Below, piece by piece: positions 34,519 to 45,915 of a stretch of 64,000 bases of DNA (position 1 is its first letter; every line of letters starts with the position of its first letter). Made by a program: the position numbers and the translations under genes. The stretch comes from Malacoraja senta. Lineage: Eukaryota. The stretch spans positions 1 through 64,000 of the forward strand of contig JAXLNO010002298.1 of NCBI GenBank assembly GCA_038087875.1, read 5' to 3'. The notes beneath the pieces were generated by a model. That model ran no database searches. It was not told the origin of the DNA and was given only the letters and a program-made list of their open reading frames with translations.

Positions 34519-36490
34519 TTCGGCGGTTTTAACGGGCCCGCTACGCTGGAAACAATGGTCAGTGCTTACCTGCAGTTCATCGCATGTACTCCAGTTGGCG
34601 TAGCAACAGTATGGGTCATGGGTCGTGACCCTGCTNNNNNNNNNNNNNNNNNNNNNNNNNNNNNNNNNNNNNNNNNNNNNNNNNNNNNNNNNNNNNNNNN
34701 NNNNNNNNNNNNNNNNNNNNNNNNNNNNNNNNNNNNNNNNNNNNNNNNNNNNNNNNNNNNNNNNNNNNNNNNNNNNNNNNNNNNNNNNNNNNNNNNNNNN
34801 NNNGTCTGTGTATGTGTCTGTGTCTGTGTGTGAGTGTCTGTGTGAATGTCTGTGTGAATGTCTGTGTGTGTCTGTGTGTGTGTGTATGTCTGTGTGGTGG
34901 AGGGTGTGTGTGATCAACAAATAACAAATAGTACAAATAATATACTATTTCATAGTTCAGAGCTTATTCGTTATGTTGAATAGCCTGATGGCTGTCAGGA
35001 AGAAACTGTTCCTCAATGTGGATGTTACAGATTTCAGTTTACAAAAGTCGGATGTGACTCCAGAAGTCGGGCATAAGTCACAGTCCACAAGCCGTGATTC
35101 AGTCTGTCAGTCCAGAGGCCACGAGTGCGTGAGTCAGTTCAGAGGCCACGAGTTAGTCCCAAGGCAGTGAGTGAGTCCAGAGGCCATGAGTAGGTCACTC
35201 ACCGCACTCTCCCCCTCCCCCCTCCACTGACATCCCCCACCTCAAGACGCTGCCCTCCGCCTGGCTATAGGATGCTCCACGTCCTGAATCCGCCCCCATC
35301 CCCCGCTGCAGGACACCCCCTCCCTCATCAGCCCACGAGAGCCCCCGCTTGAAGCCGTCCCCCTCCCTCGGCTGCAGGACGTTTGCCACCCCCCACCCCA
35401 CCCCGACAGCCCCCGCCTCAAAAAATGTTTTGCACCAATTCTTCAGTGAGTCCAGAGGATTGAGAATTACAACAAACAATGGAATTCTTTAATTTACCAC
35501 AACCAAGAAATGGAAGGATGCACCTTGATGATGACAATCCAGAATTGCTGCAGGAATTGCAATACGGTAGAACTGAACAACAGCAATTTGTTGAGGAGAA
35601 TGGGCCTCTGCTGAATGCTGAGCAGAGAGCAGTGTCTGCACTCAATTGAACAGAAGATGAAGACATTCCCCTTCAGCAGACCCAATTCCTCATTCAATCA
35701 AGTTTTGCTTTGACGATCGATAAAGGACAAGGACAAACAATGCAGAAGGTGTTGATCTACCTCGACAAACCGGTCTTTCAGCATGGACAACTATATGTGA
35801 ATCTTAGCCGAGGAAAGATGAAGGGAAATGTCAACGTTTTCCTGAAGATGGAACATCGACCAAGAATATTGTCATTAAAAGCGTGCTTCGTTGAATGATG
35901 ACTTCTGAGATAAATTCTCAGATTTTCTTTGTTAAAATTTGACCGTTCAATCTCTCTATATTTAAATTGCCTTTATTTTAAATCAACAGCAGAGACAAAG
36001 ACAGTGAGTAGCAACAAGAGACACAACAAGAAAGAACTTAATAATTCTCATCTTTAACATTTAAATTGTTCTTATATTTTAAGAGTCATTCACATTTTAA
36101 ACTTTAATAAATCATTTTCCCACTTTTCATGCCGGCGTGTTCTTCATCACAATGGGAACCTAATGGGCAGGAATGGCTGTTCTGTGGGAGACCCACATGA
36201 GTGCATGGGGGGGGTTGTGGGAAGATGGACTGAATGCATGGGGGGAGGGGAATGGCAAGGAGCAGAGTGGGGTGAAGGGAGGAGGGGTGACAGAGTGAAC
36301 TGCCAGCATACCTGGTGTGAGTGACTGCACTGCCAGCCCACGAGCCGTGAGTAAGTGAACTGCCAGCCCACCAGCCGTGAGTGACTGAACTGCCAGCCCA
36401 ATAATCCATTCAGTCCACCCTCTCCCCCTTCTCTCACAGAGTCTGTCACCTGTTTTGGGCACAATTTCGGGCAGTTTCTCAGCTGCCAGT

Positions 36491-36564
36491 CTGCCTGGCC
36501 TCAGTGACTGAGCTGCCTGGCCTCAGTGACTGAGCTGCCTGGCCTCAGTGACTGATCTGCCTGG
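36491..36564. repeat. 22-bp tandem repeat, ~3 copies (about 6 in the right arm, 49866-50006)
   Basis: CTGCCTGGCCTCAGTGACTGAG units. Confidence 0.9.
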
Positions 36565-37050
36565 TTCACGAGATTGATCCCTGGCATGGCGGGACTGTCA
36601 TATGAGGAAAGATTGAAAAGACTAGGCTTGTATTCACTGGAGTTTAGAATGATGAGGGGAGATCTTATAGAAACATACAAAATTATAAAAGGACTGGACA
36701 AGCTAGATGCAGGAAAATTGTTCAGAAATATTTGGCGAGTCCAGAACCAGGGGGCCACAGTCTTAGAATAAAGGGGAGGCCATTTAAGACTGAGGTGAGA
36801 AAAAACGTTTTCACCCAGAGAGTTGTGAATTTATGGAATTCCCTGCCACAGAGTGCAGTGGAGACCAAGTCACTGGACGGATTTAAGAGGGAGTTAGATA
36901 GAGCTCTGGGGGCTAATGGAATCAAAGGATATGGGGAGAAGACAGGCACGGGTTATTGATTGGGGACGATCAGCCATGATCACAATGAACGGCAGTGCTG
37001 GCTTGAAAGGCCGAATGGTCTCTTGCTGCACATATTTTCTATGTTTCTAT
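36565..37050 (+). mobile_element. CR1 LINE 3' fragment (direct-repeat partner of 39415-39905)
   Basis: GMAGLSYEERLKRLGLYSLEFR..RGDLIETYKI; (TTTCTATG)n tail. Confidence 0.9.
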
Positions 37051-37363
37051 GACCCGCTGAGTTACTCCAGCACTCTGTGAAATGTCACCTATCCATGTTC
37101 TCCACAGATGCTGCCTGACCGGCTGAGTTACTCCAGCACTTTGTGCATTTTTTTTGTAAACCAGCATCTGCAGTTCCTTGATTTTCATCCCAAATCTTCC
37201 CTGGTTTCAAGCTTTTTACTAAATTTGGCATCTGCGCAATGGGTGCATTACGGGGAAAGGTAAAGGGTCACAGAGCAATAAAGAACCATTTTGCAGTAAA
37301 GAGCACAATATCTAATTTGTAGACAGCGCTCCCAATGTGCAGTGAATTCACATAACAGGTCGC

Positions 37364-37505
37364 TCCAATTTGTGGTCAACACTCCCTCCGTGTGGTGATT
37401 CGCCGCACTGCAGGCCCGTCCAGTTTGTGGTGAACACTCCCACCGTGTGGGGATCTGCTGCACTGCAGGCCCGTCCAATTTGTGGTCAACACTCCCACCG
37501 TGTGG
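37364..37505. repeat. 55-bp tandem repeat, ~2.6 copies
   Basis: TCCA(A/G)TTTGTGGT..ACACTCC at 37364, 37419 and 37474. Confidence 0.85.
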
Positions 37506-37539
37506 ATTAAGAAGGAATTGCAGATGCTTGAAAAATCGA

Positions 37540-38300
37540 AGGTGGACAAAAATGCTGGAGTAACTCAGCGGGTGAGGCAGCATCTATGGAGAGAAGGAAT
37601 AGGTGACGTTTCAGGTCGAGACCCTTCTTCAGACTGAAGTTGGGGTGGGTTGGGGTGCGGGAAGAAGAAAGGAAGAGGCGGAGACAGAGGGCTGAGGGAG
37701 AGCTGGGAAGGGGAGGAGGAAGCAGGGACTACCTGAAATTGGAGAAGTCAATGTTCATGCCACTAGGGTGTAAACTTCCCAAGCGAAATATGAGATGCTG
37801 CTTCTCCAATTTCTGGTGGGCCTCACTCTGGCCACGGAGGAGGCCCAGGGCACAAAGGTCGAATTGGGATTGGGAATGGGAGGGGGAGTTGAAGTACTGA
37901 GCCACCGGGAGATCAGGTTGGTTAATGCGGACCGAGCGGAGGTGTTGGGCGAAAAATGATCGCCAACGCTCTGCTTGGTCTCATCGATGTAGATCAGTTG
38001 ACACCTGGAGCAGCGGATGCAATAGATGAGGTTGGAGGAGATGCAGGTGAACATCTGTCGCAGCTGGAACGACTGCTTGGGTGCTTGGATGGAGTCGAGG
38101 GGGGAGGTGAAGGGACAAGTGTTGCATCTCTTGCGGTTGCAAGGGAAAGTGCCCGGGGAGGGGGCGGTGCGGGAGGAAAGGGAAGAATTGACCAGGGAGT
38201 TACGGAGGGAGCTGTCTCTGCGCAAAGCAGACAGGGGGGGGAGATGGGTAGATGTGGCCAGTGGTGGGGTCACGTTGGAGGTGGTGAAAATGTCACTCTT
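37540..38300 (-). mobile_element. Penelope-like element 3' part with GIY-YIG endonuclease remnant and terminal repeat
   Basis: PCNRKRCNTC...FTCISSNLIYCIRCSRCQLIYIDETK; then HLIFRLG..P.GMNIDFSNF; terminal repeat with CTGAAGA...GAAACGTC. Confidence 0.85.
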
Positions 38301-38366
38301 CAATCCTTATTTACAAAGTTGTAGCACTCTTTGTCACGTCTCCGCCCATCTGCCAACCACACTCTC

Positions 38367-38510
38367 ACCTGTATCCCACCTGTATCCCACCTGTATCCCA
38401 CCTGTATCCCACCTGTATCCCACCTGTATCCCACCTGTATCCCACCTGTATCCCACCTGTATCCACCCCTCACCTGTATCCACCCCCTCACCTGTATCCC
38501 ACCTGTATCC
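38367..38510. repeat. 11-bp tandem repeat (CACCTGTATCC)n expanded from the Penelope 3' region
   Basis: More than 10 near-perfect units. Confidence 0.95.
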
Positions 38511-39099
38511 ACCATCACTCCAGACTCTGCCCCAACTCCATCACTCCATGAAGATTACTGACCCAATACATCTGTCCATTCTCACCACCGTTCACTCTTC
38601 AATCCTCATTTACGATGTTGTACCACTCTTCAATCTTCAGTCTTTGTCACTTCTCCAGTGTAGGAGGGAACTTTGTACCCCACCCTTCACCTGTATCTGG
38701 AACAAACACAAAATAAATCAGCTCTAGATCAGTGGTGAGTCTATCGAACGAGTCTATCAGAATGAAGTGGGGTGTCGACCCGAACGTCGCCTATTCCCTT
38801 CGCTCCACAGATGCTGCCTCCCTCACCTGCTGAGTTTCTCCAGCATTTTTGTCTACTATCAAACAAGTCAGTTCATTCAAGGCCTTATGAGTGCACAGTG
38901 GGAAACACTCTGGGAGAACCCAAAGTGTTTCATAGATTCACAGCACCTGCAGCATTTTTAGATCTTTGTGACCCAAAGGTTATTTGTGGAGTTGAAATAA
39001 ATCAAAGTAACTTTTCATCTTTGTCTTTATTGACATCTGATAAATGGGAGAGAGCTGCTCAGATCAACAGGAAACCTAAAGTTAACTTGAAAGTTGGGT

Positions 39100-39905
39100 G
39101 AAAGTTGGCATGCAGGTATAGCAGGCAGTGTAGAAAGCTAATGGCCGGTTGGCCTTCATAACAAGAGGATTTCAGTATAGGAGTAGAGAGGTCCTTCTGC
39201 AGGTGTACAGGGCTCTGGTAAGACCACATCTAGAGTATTGTGTACAGTTTTGGCCTGTTGGCCTTTATAACAAGAGGATTTCAGTATAGGAGTAAAGAGG
39301 TTCTTCTGCAGTTGTATAGGGCTCTGGTAAGACCACATCTGGAGTATTGTGTACAGTTTTGGTCTCCTAATTTGAGGAAGGACATCCTTGTGATTGAGGC
39401 AGTGCAGCGTAGGTTCACGAGATTGATCCCTGGGATGGCGGGACTGTCATATGAGGAAAGATTGAAAAGACTAGGCTTGTATTCACTGGAGTTTAGAAGG
39501 ATGAGGGGGCATATTATAGAAACATATAAAATTATAAAAGGAATGGACAAGCTAGATGCAGGAAAAAATGTTCCCAATGTTGGGCGAGTCCAGCACCAGG
39601 GGCCACAGTCTTAGAATAAAGGGGAGGCCATTTAAGACTGAGGTGAGAAAAAACGTTTTCACCCAGAGAGTTGTGAATTTGTGGAATTCCCTGCCACAGA
39701 GGGCAGTGGAGGCCAAGTCGCTGGATGGATTTAAGAGAGAGTTAGATAGAGCTCTAGGGGCTAGTGGAGTCAAGGGATATGGGGAGAAGGCAGGCACGGG
39801 TTATTGATTGGAGACGATCAGCTATGATCACAATGAATGGCAGTGCTGGCTCGAAGGGCCGAATGGCATCCTCCTGCACCTATTTCTATGTTTCTATGCT
39901 TCTAT
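39100..39905 (+). mobile_element. CR1 LINE 3' fragment with an internal ~105-bp duplication
   Basis: [33 protein letters not shown]; TTGGCC.TT.ATAACAAGAGGATTTCAG block occurs twice. Confidence 0.9.
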
Positions 39906-40204
39906 GAATTATTCCTGGGTCTATTTATTTATTCTAAAGGCCGTTTGTTAACATTTGTGAGGCCTTAGCCTGACTAACAGTGAGAGAGCAGCTGTAATCT
40001 CAAGGTTGTGTTGGTTGGAACGTGAATGCCTATCTCTCCCCCACAGTAGATAACCGAGCCTGGCTGGTCAGCAGAGAGTCACAATGGTCAACTTGAATGA
40101 ATCTGTGCCGTCAAGGCTGAACACATCCACATGTTTACTTATCACCCCAACAGTCTATCTTGGACAGTGTCCCAGGATGTGAGTTCTAGGGGTAAGCAGA
40201 TTAC

Positions 40205-40790
40205 TCGTGTAGGAAGGAACTGCAGATGCTGGTTTAAACTGAAGATAGACACAGAGTGCTGGAGTAACTCATCGGGTCAGGCAGCATCTGTGGAGAACAT
40301 GGATAGGTGACGTTTCACAGAGTGCTGGAGTCTCAGCGGGTCAATAGACAATAGACAACAGGTGCAGGAATCGGCCATTGGGCCCTTCGAGCCAGCACCG
40401 CCATTCATTGTGATCATGGCTGATCATCCCCAATCAGTACCCCGTTCCTGCCTTCTCCCCATATCCCCTGACTCCGCTCTCTTTAAGAACCCTATCTAGC
40501 TCTCTCTTGAAAGCATCCAGAGAACCGGTCTCCACCGCCCTCTGAGGCAGAGAATTCCAAAGACTCACAACTCTCTGTGAGAAAAAGTGTTTCCTCGTCT
40601 CCGTTCTAAATGGCCGACCAATTATTCTTAAACTGCGTGTGGCCCCTGGTTCTGGACTCCCCCAACATCGGGAACACGTTTCCTGCCTCTAGCGTGTCCA
40701 AACCCTTAATAATCTTATATGTTTCAATGAAATTCCCTCTCATCCTTATAAACTCCAGAGTGTACAAGCCCAGCCGCTCCATTCGCAGTG
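40205..40790 (-). mobile_element. Penelope-type terminal repeat followed by a CR1 3' fragment (mirrored at ~48565-49075)
   Basis: GTGCTGGAGTAACTCATCGGGTCAGGCAGC block, then reverse-complement CR1 tail and ERLGLYTLEF. Confidence 0.8.
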
Positions 40791-41289
40791 AGGGTGGGTG
40801 GGGTGAGGAGGGAGGGGTGAGGAGGGAGGGGTGAGGAGGGAGGGGTGAGGAATGAGAGTAAGGGGGGTGAGGAGGGGGGGTGAGGAATGAGAGGAGGGGG
40901 GTGGGAATGAGGGTGTGTGAAGGGAGGACAGGAACATTGACGGGACGTTGTCCAGTTGGAGACAGGACGATGAAGCACATGGATATTCAACGTCTCTCAC
41001 TCACCAGAATAATCCTGGTTCTGTTACTCAACTTTACAGGTACCGACCCCCCCCCCCCTGGGNNNNNNNNNNNNNNNNNNNNNNNNNNNNNNNNNNNNNN
41101 NNNNNNNNNNNNNNNNNNNNNNNNNNNNNNNNNNNNNNNNNNNNNNNNNNNNNNNNNNNNNNNNNNNNNNNNNNNNNNNNNNNNNNNNNNNNNNNNAACT
41201 TGCTATTGTGCTGTACAGCCTACAGCTGCAAGAATGTGTAGCATCAATAAAGGGCTATAGGTGTATCACGAGTATATATATATATAGAT

Positions 41290-41344
41290 ACTAGACCAAG
41301 TGCGGACCCGTTGGGTCTGTTCCCCCAACGTGCGTTTGCGGCGA

Positions 41345-41345
<1 letters not shown>
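41290..41345 (-). mobile_element. Helitron 3'-end remnant embedded in (TA)n (mirrored at ~48007-48061)
   Basis: CTAGACCAAGTGCGGACCCGTTGGGTC, same terminus as 29769; perfect GACCC-AAC-GGGTC hairpin. Confidence 0.7.
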
Positions 41346-41389
<44 letters not shown>

Positions 41390-42284
41390 GGGACATATCT
41401 ATCCATGCACTGTATACTTGTATTTATATTGATGCATTTTAAATATGGATGTTATGTTTTATACTTTGGCGATATAACCATGTAGTTTATCATGCCAATA
41501 AAGTGTTTTNNNNNNNNNNNNNNNNNNNNNNNNNNNNNNNNNNNNNNNNNNNNNNNNNNNNNNNNNNNNNNNNNNNNNNNNNNNNNNNNNNNNNNNNNNN
41601 NNNNNNNNNNNNNNNNNNNNNNNNNNNNNNNNNNNNNNNNNNNNNNAGGGGGGAGTCAGTAATCTGTTTCTGAACTGTGGAGGCATCTGTCCAGCGCGGG
41701 GTCCAGAGATGTGGGGAATGTGTGTGTGATAGAGAGTGAGAGAGAGAGGGAGTGAGAGAGAAGGGGGACAGGGTGGGGGGAGAGGGGAGTGTGTGTGTGG
41801 GATAGAGAGAGGGAGAGAGAGTGTGAGAGAGAGAGAGGGGGGACAGGGTGGGCGGTGGGCGGGAGGTGGGAGGTCAGTAATCTGTGGAGGCATCTGTCCA
41901 CTCCCCCACCCCTGTGTCTGGGGGCTACTGGATGTGTCTGTCTCTAGTTCTGGGTGGGTTTATTGTCAAATCCCGATACAGAGCGATAACATTCTCATTC
42001 ACAGCATCACGATAAATATCTTGTCTGTATTAGTTAGTGTCTATAGTGTTAATGTGTGGGGATCACGGGCTAGCATGGACTGGGTGGGCCAAAGGGCCTG
42101 TTTCTGTGCTGTATCTCCAGTCTATAGTGTTAGTGTGTGGGGATCGCGGGCCAGCACGGAATGGGTGGGACCGAAGGGCCTGTTTCTGTGCTGTATGTCT
42201 AATCTCTACTGTAGATTGGGTTGAGTTGCCGTGATCTCTCTCTCTCTCTTCCCCTCTCTCCTTCTCTCTCCTCTCTCTCCCTGG

Positions 42285-42562
42285 GGGGTGTGAGGTTGAG
42301 GGGGAAGTGAGGTTGAGGGGGGGGGTGAGGTTCACCGGGGGGGGTACGGTTGAGGGGGGGTGAGGTTGACGGGGGGGGTGAGGTTGAGGGGGGGTGAGGT
42401 TGAGGGGGGGGTGAGGTTGAGGGGGGGTGAGGTTGAGGGGGGGTGAGGTTGAGTGGGGGGTGAGGTTAACGGGGGGGGGGGGTGAGGTTGATGGGGGTGA
42501 GGTTGAGGGGGGGGTGAGGTTGAGGGGGGTGGGGTTGAGGGGGGGTGAGGTTGAGGGGGGGT
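42285..42562. repeat. G-rich tandem repeat (GGGGGGTGAGGTTGA)n, G-quadruplex-competent; C-rich mirror at ~46900-47105
   Basis: More than 15 G-tracts of 5-12 G. Confidence 0.9.
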
Positions 42563-42804
42563 CTCTGGGAGATGAAACATTCACATTCAACGTTAGAAGT
42601 TGCTGCCAAAACTGTGTGGCAGCTGCGGTTGCTTCCTGGAGCCGACCTTGAAGAACCGTGTCCCTGCCTCCACATCTCTGTAACACATGGAACAGCAGCA
42701 GGCCCTTCGGCCCACAGTCTCCAAACTAGATATCCAATGTCCACCAGTCCTCTCTTCATCTTTCTCTCCAACCCCCGCGCTCTAGATTTAAGCTCAGTGG
42801 CGAC

Positions 42805-44282
42805 AATAGACAACAGACAACAGGTGCAGGAGGAGGTCATTCGGTCCCTTCGAGCCAGCACCGCCATTCAATCTGATCATGGCTGATCATCCCCAATCAA
42901 TATCCCGTTCCTGCCTTCTCCCCATACCCCTGACTCCGCTATCTTTAAGAGCCCTATCTAGCTCTCTCTTGAAAGTATCCAGAGAACCGCCCTCCAACGC
43001 CCTCTGAGGCAGAGAATCCCACAGACTCACAACTCTCTGGGTGGAAAAGTTTCTCCTCATGTCAGTCCCAAATGGCCACAGATTCACAACTCTCTGGGTG
43101 GAAAAGTTTCTCCTCACCTCAGTCCCAAATGGCCACTGATTCACAACTCTCTGGGTGGAAAAGTTTCTCCTCGTCTCAGTCCTAAATGGCCGACCCCTTA
43201 TTCTTAAACTGTGTGTGTGGCCCCTGGTTCTGGACTCCCCCAAGATCGGGAACATGTTTCCTGCCTCTAGCGTGCCCAAACCCTTAATAATATTATATGT
43301 TTCAATGAGATTGTGTCCATTGGGCGGCGCGACTTTCGTCTGCAGCGGCCTCTGCAGTCCGTCTGTCTTTTTTATTATTTTTGTCTTGTTTTTATGTAGT
43401 TTTTTATTATTTTTTTTGTCGGGGTATGTGTGTGGGGGGGTGGGGGTGGGGTGGGGGGGGGACTTTGAAATCTTTCCGCTGCACGGGAGACCCGACCTTT
43501 TCTTTGTCGGGTCTCCGTTGTCGTTGGGGCTGGGCAACGTGGAGCGGCCTCCAGCAGGAACGACCTGGGGCTCCAGTTGTGGAGCTGCGGACTACTCACC
43601 GTCGCGGGGCTGGCCGAGTCCGGAGCGGGTGGAGCTGTGGTGGAGACAATCGCTGCTGCTACCCGACCGCCGGAGATTCGGAGGCTACAACCGCGGGTCT
43701 GGCGGACGGCAACACCGTAAGCCCGCGGGTCCCCTGGTGGGAGACCGCTTTTCGGGGCTTCCGCAGCGGCGACTTCTCCCGCCCGAGTTGCGGGGTTGAA
43801 GAGCACCTGGAGCGGGGCTTTACATCGTCCCCCCGCGGCGGCTTGGAATGGCCACCGGACTTTGCGGGCGCACGCCGGGGCTCTAACACCAAGACCCGGT
43901 GCGCAACCTTGCATCGCCCGGCGTGGCTTTAATGGCTGCGGGACAATCACCATCGCCCGCCGGGGGCTTTGACTTTGACTCTGACATGGGGGGGGGGGGG
44001 GGGGGAGTGCAGTGGAGAGATACGTGTTTTTGCCTTCCGTCACAGCGCTGTGATGGATGTATGTGTAAATTGTGTTGTGTCTCGGGTCTTCTTTCGTTTT
44101 GTATTGTATGGCTGCAGAAACGACATTTCGTTTGGACCTCAAGGGGCCCAAATGACAAATTTGTCCAAAAAGACAAATAAATTGAATTGAATTGAGATGC
44201 CCTCTCATCCTTCTAAACTCCAGAGTGTACAAGCCCAGCCGCTCCATTCTCTCAGCATATGACAGTCCCGCCATCCCGGTAA
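42805..44282 (-). mobile_element. CR1 3' fragment with 57-bp tandem expansion, split by an 880-bp insertion; uninterrupted mirror at ~45990-46650
   Basis: GMAGLSYAERMERLGLYTLEFRRMRGHL | IETY.IIKGL on either side of the insertion. Confidence 0.85.
43312..44191 (+). mobile_element. Unclassified 880-bp GC-rich retroposon-like insertion, left arm only
   Basis: Candidate TSD TGAGAT (43306-43311 and 44192-44197); 3' AATAAA then (TTGAA)n; empty site in the right arm at ~46070-46085. Confidence 0.7.
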
Positions 44283-44535
44283 TGGTGTTGGAATTCCGCA
44301 TTAAGTTAGCTGTAATCTAGCAAGGCCGCATCCAANNNNNNNNNNNNNNNNNNNNNNNNNNNNNNNNNNNNNNNNNNNNNNNNNNNNNNNNNNNNNNNNN
44401 NNNNNNNNNNNNNNNNNNNNNNNNNNNNNNNNNNNNNNNNNNNNNNNNNNNNNNNNNNNNNNNNNNNNNNNNNNNNNNNNNNNNNNNNNNNNNNNNNNNN
44501 NNNNNNNNNNNNNNNNNNNNNNNNNNNNNNNNNNN

Positions 44536-44790
44536 TAAGACTGAGGTGAGGAGGAAACTTTTCCACCCAGAGAGTTGTGAATCTGTGGAATTCCCTGCCA
44601 CAGAGGGCAGTGGAGGCCAAATCACTGGATGGATTTAAGAGAGTTAGATAGAGCTCTAGGGGCTAGTGGAGTCAAAGGATATGGGGAGAAGGGCAGGAAC
44701 GGGTTATTGATTGGGGACGATCAGCCATGATCACAATGAATGGCGGTGCTGGCTCGAAGGGCTGAATGGCCTGCTCCTGCCCCTATTGTC
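44536..44790 (+). mobile_element. CR1 3' end forming the innermost part of the left arm
   Basis: Shares the variants ATTTAAGAGAGTTAGA and AAGGGCTGAATGG with the inverted copy starting at 45162. Confidence 0.8.
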
Positions 44791-45161
44791 CATGTATTAA
44801 AAACAACTCTCGTTGCCCAAAGTGCTTTATATCAGTGCAGGTACTAACATGCTACAATGTGGTACACAGATCAACAATACACACACAAATACATACGTAC
44901 CCGCTCCCTCAGTGGGACGTCCAAGAAACGCTTGTGAGTAGAAATAGGTTTTAATTCTAGACTTAAAGGAGTCGCTGGATGGAGGAGGCAGTTCTTAGCA
45001 AGTACGACAAATATTCAAATGCTTTCCCATAAAAAAGCATTAAAAGGTTAGTTAACTTTAAAATTAACAATTTGTTTTCATTTTCTTGAAGTTAGTACAT
45101 AGCAGTTAGATTTTTTACAAAATAAGGGACATTTTAGAAGTATATAGCAAAATAGAAAATA

Positions 45162-45915
45162 GACAATAGGTGCAGGAGGAGACCATTCAGCCCTTCAAGC
45201 CAGCACCGCCATTCATTGTGATCATGGCTGATCATCCCCAATCAATAACCCGTGCCTGCCTTCTCCCCATATCCCTTGACTCCACTAGCCCCTAGAGCTC
45301 TAACTCTCTCTTAAATCAATCCAGTGACTTGGCCTCCACTGCCCTCTGTGGCAGGGAATTCCACAGATTCACAACTCTCTGGGTGGCAAAGTTTCTCCTC
45401 ATCTCAGTCCCAAATGGCCACAGACTCCTAACTCTCTGGGTGGAAAAGTTTCTCCTCATCTCAGTACCAAATGGCCACAGATTCACAACTCTCTGGGTGG
45501 AAAAGTTTCTCCTCATCTCAGTCCCAAATGGCCACAGATTCACTACTCTCGAGGTGAAAACTTTTTTTCTCACCTCAGTCTTAAATGGCCTCCCCCTTTA
45601 TTCTAAGACTGTGGCCCCTGGTTCTTGACTCGCCCAACATTGGGAACATTTTTCCTGCATCTAGCTTGTCCAGTCCTTTTATAATGTTATATGTTTCTAT
45701 AAGATCCCCCCCCCCTCATTCCTTCTAAACTCTAGTGAATACAAGCCTAGTCTTTTCAATCTTTCCTCATATGCCAGTCCCGCCATCCCAGGGATCAATC
45801 TGGTGAACCTACGCTGCACTGCCTCCAATCACAAGGATGTCCTTCCTCAAATAGGAGACCATAACTGTACACAATTACTCCAGTTGTGGTCTCACCAGAG
45901 CCCTATACAACTGCA
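45162..45915 (-). mobile_element. CR1 3' fragment with 57-bp tandem expansion; innermost part of the right arm
   Basis: Reverse-complement CR1 ORF2 end and tail; 57-bp unit at 45362, 45419, 45476. Confidence 0.85.

Larger units (their letters stand above)
33332..35900 (+). mobile_element. Internally deleted Helitron: 5' end plus RepHel helicase remnant; 3' end not found
   Basis: A|TCTATATTACTAAAA 5' terminus; 35520-35898 translates to LLNAEQR...FALTIDKGQGQT..YLDKPVFQHGQLYVNLSR (Pif1-type motifs); an N gap lies inside, so continuity is inferred. Confidence 0.65.

Noticed and set aside
37364-37505. Regular repeats resembling a CRISPR array (also the 30-, 53- and 57-bp arrays)
   Set aside because: Head-to-tail units with no unique spacers, no cas genes, vertebrate context.
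43375-44301. 308-aa and other GC-rich ORFs
   Set aside because: Chimeras of CR1 ORF2 end and a non-coding GC-rich insertion; open on both strands due to composition.
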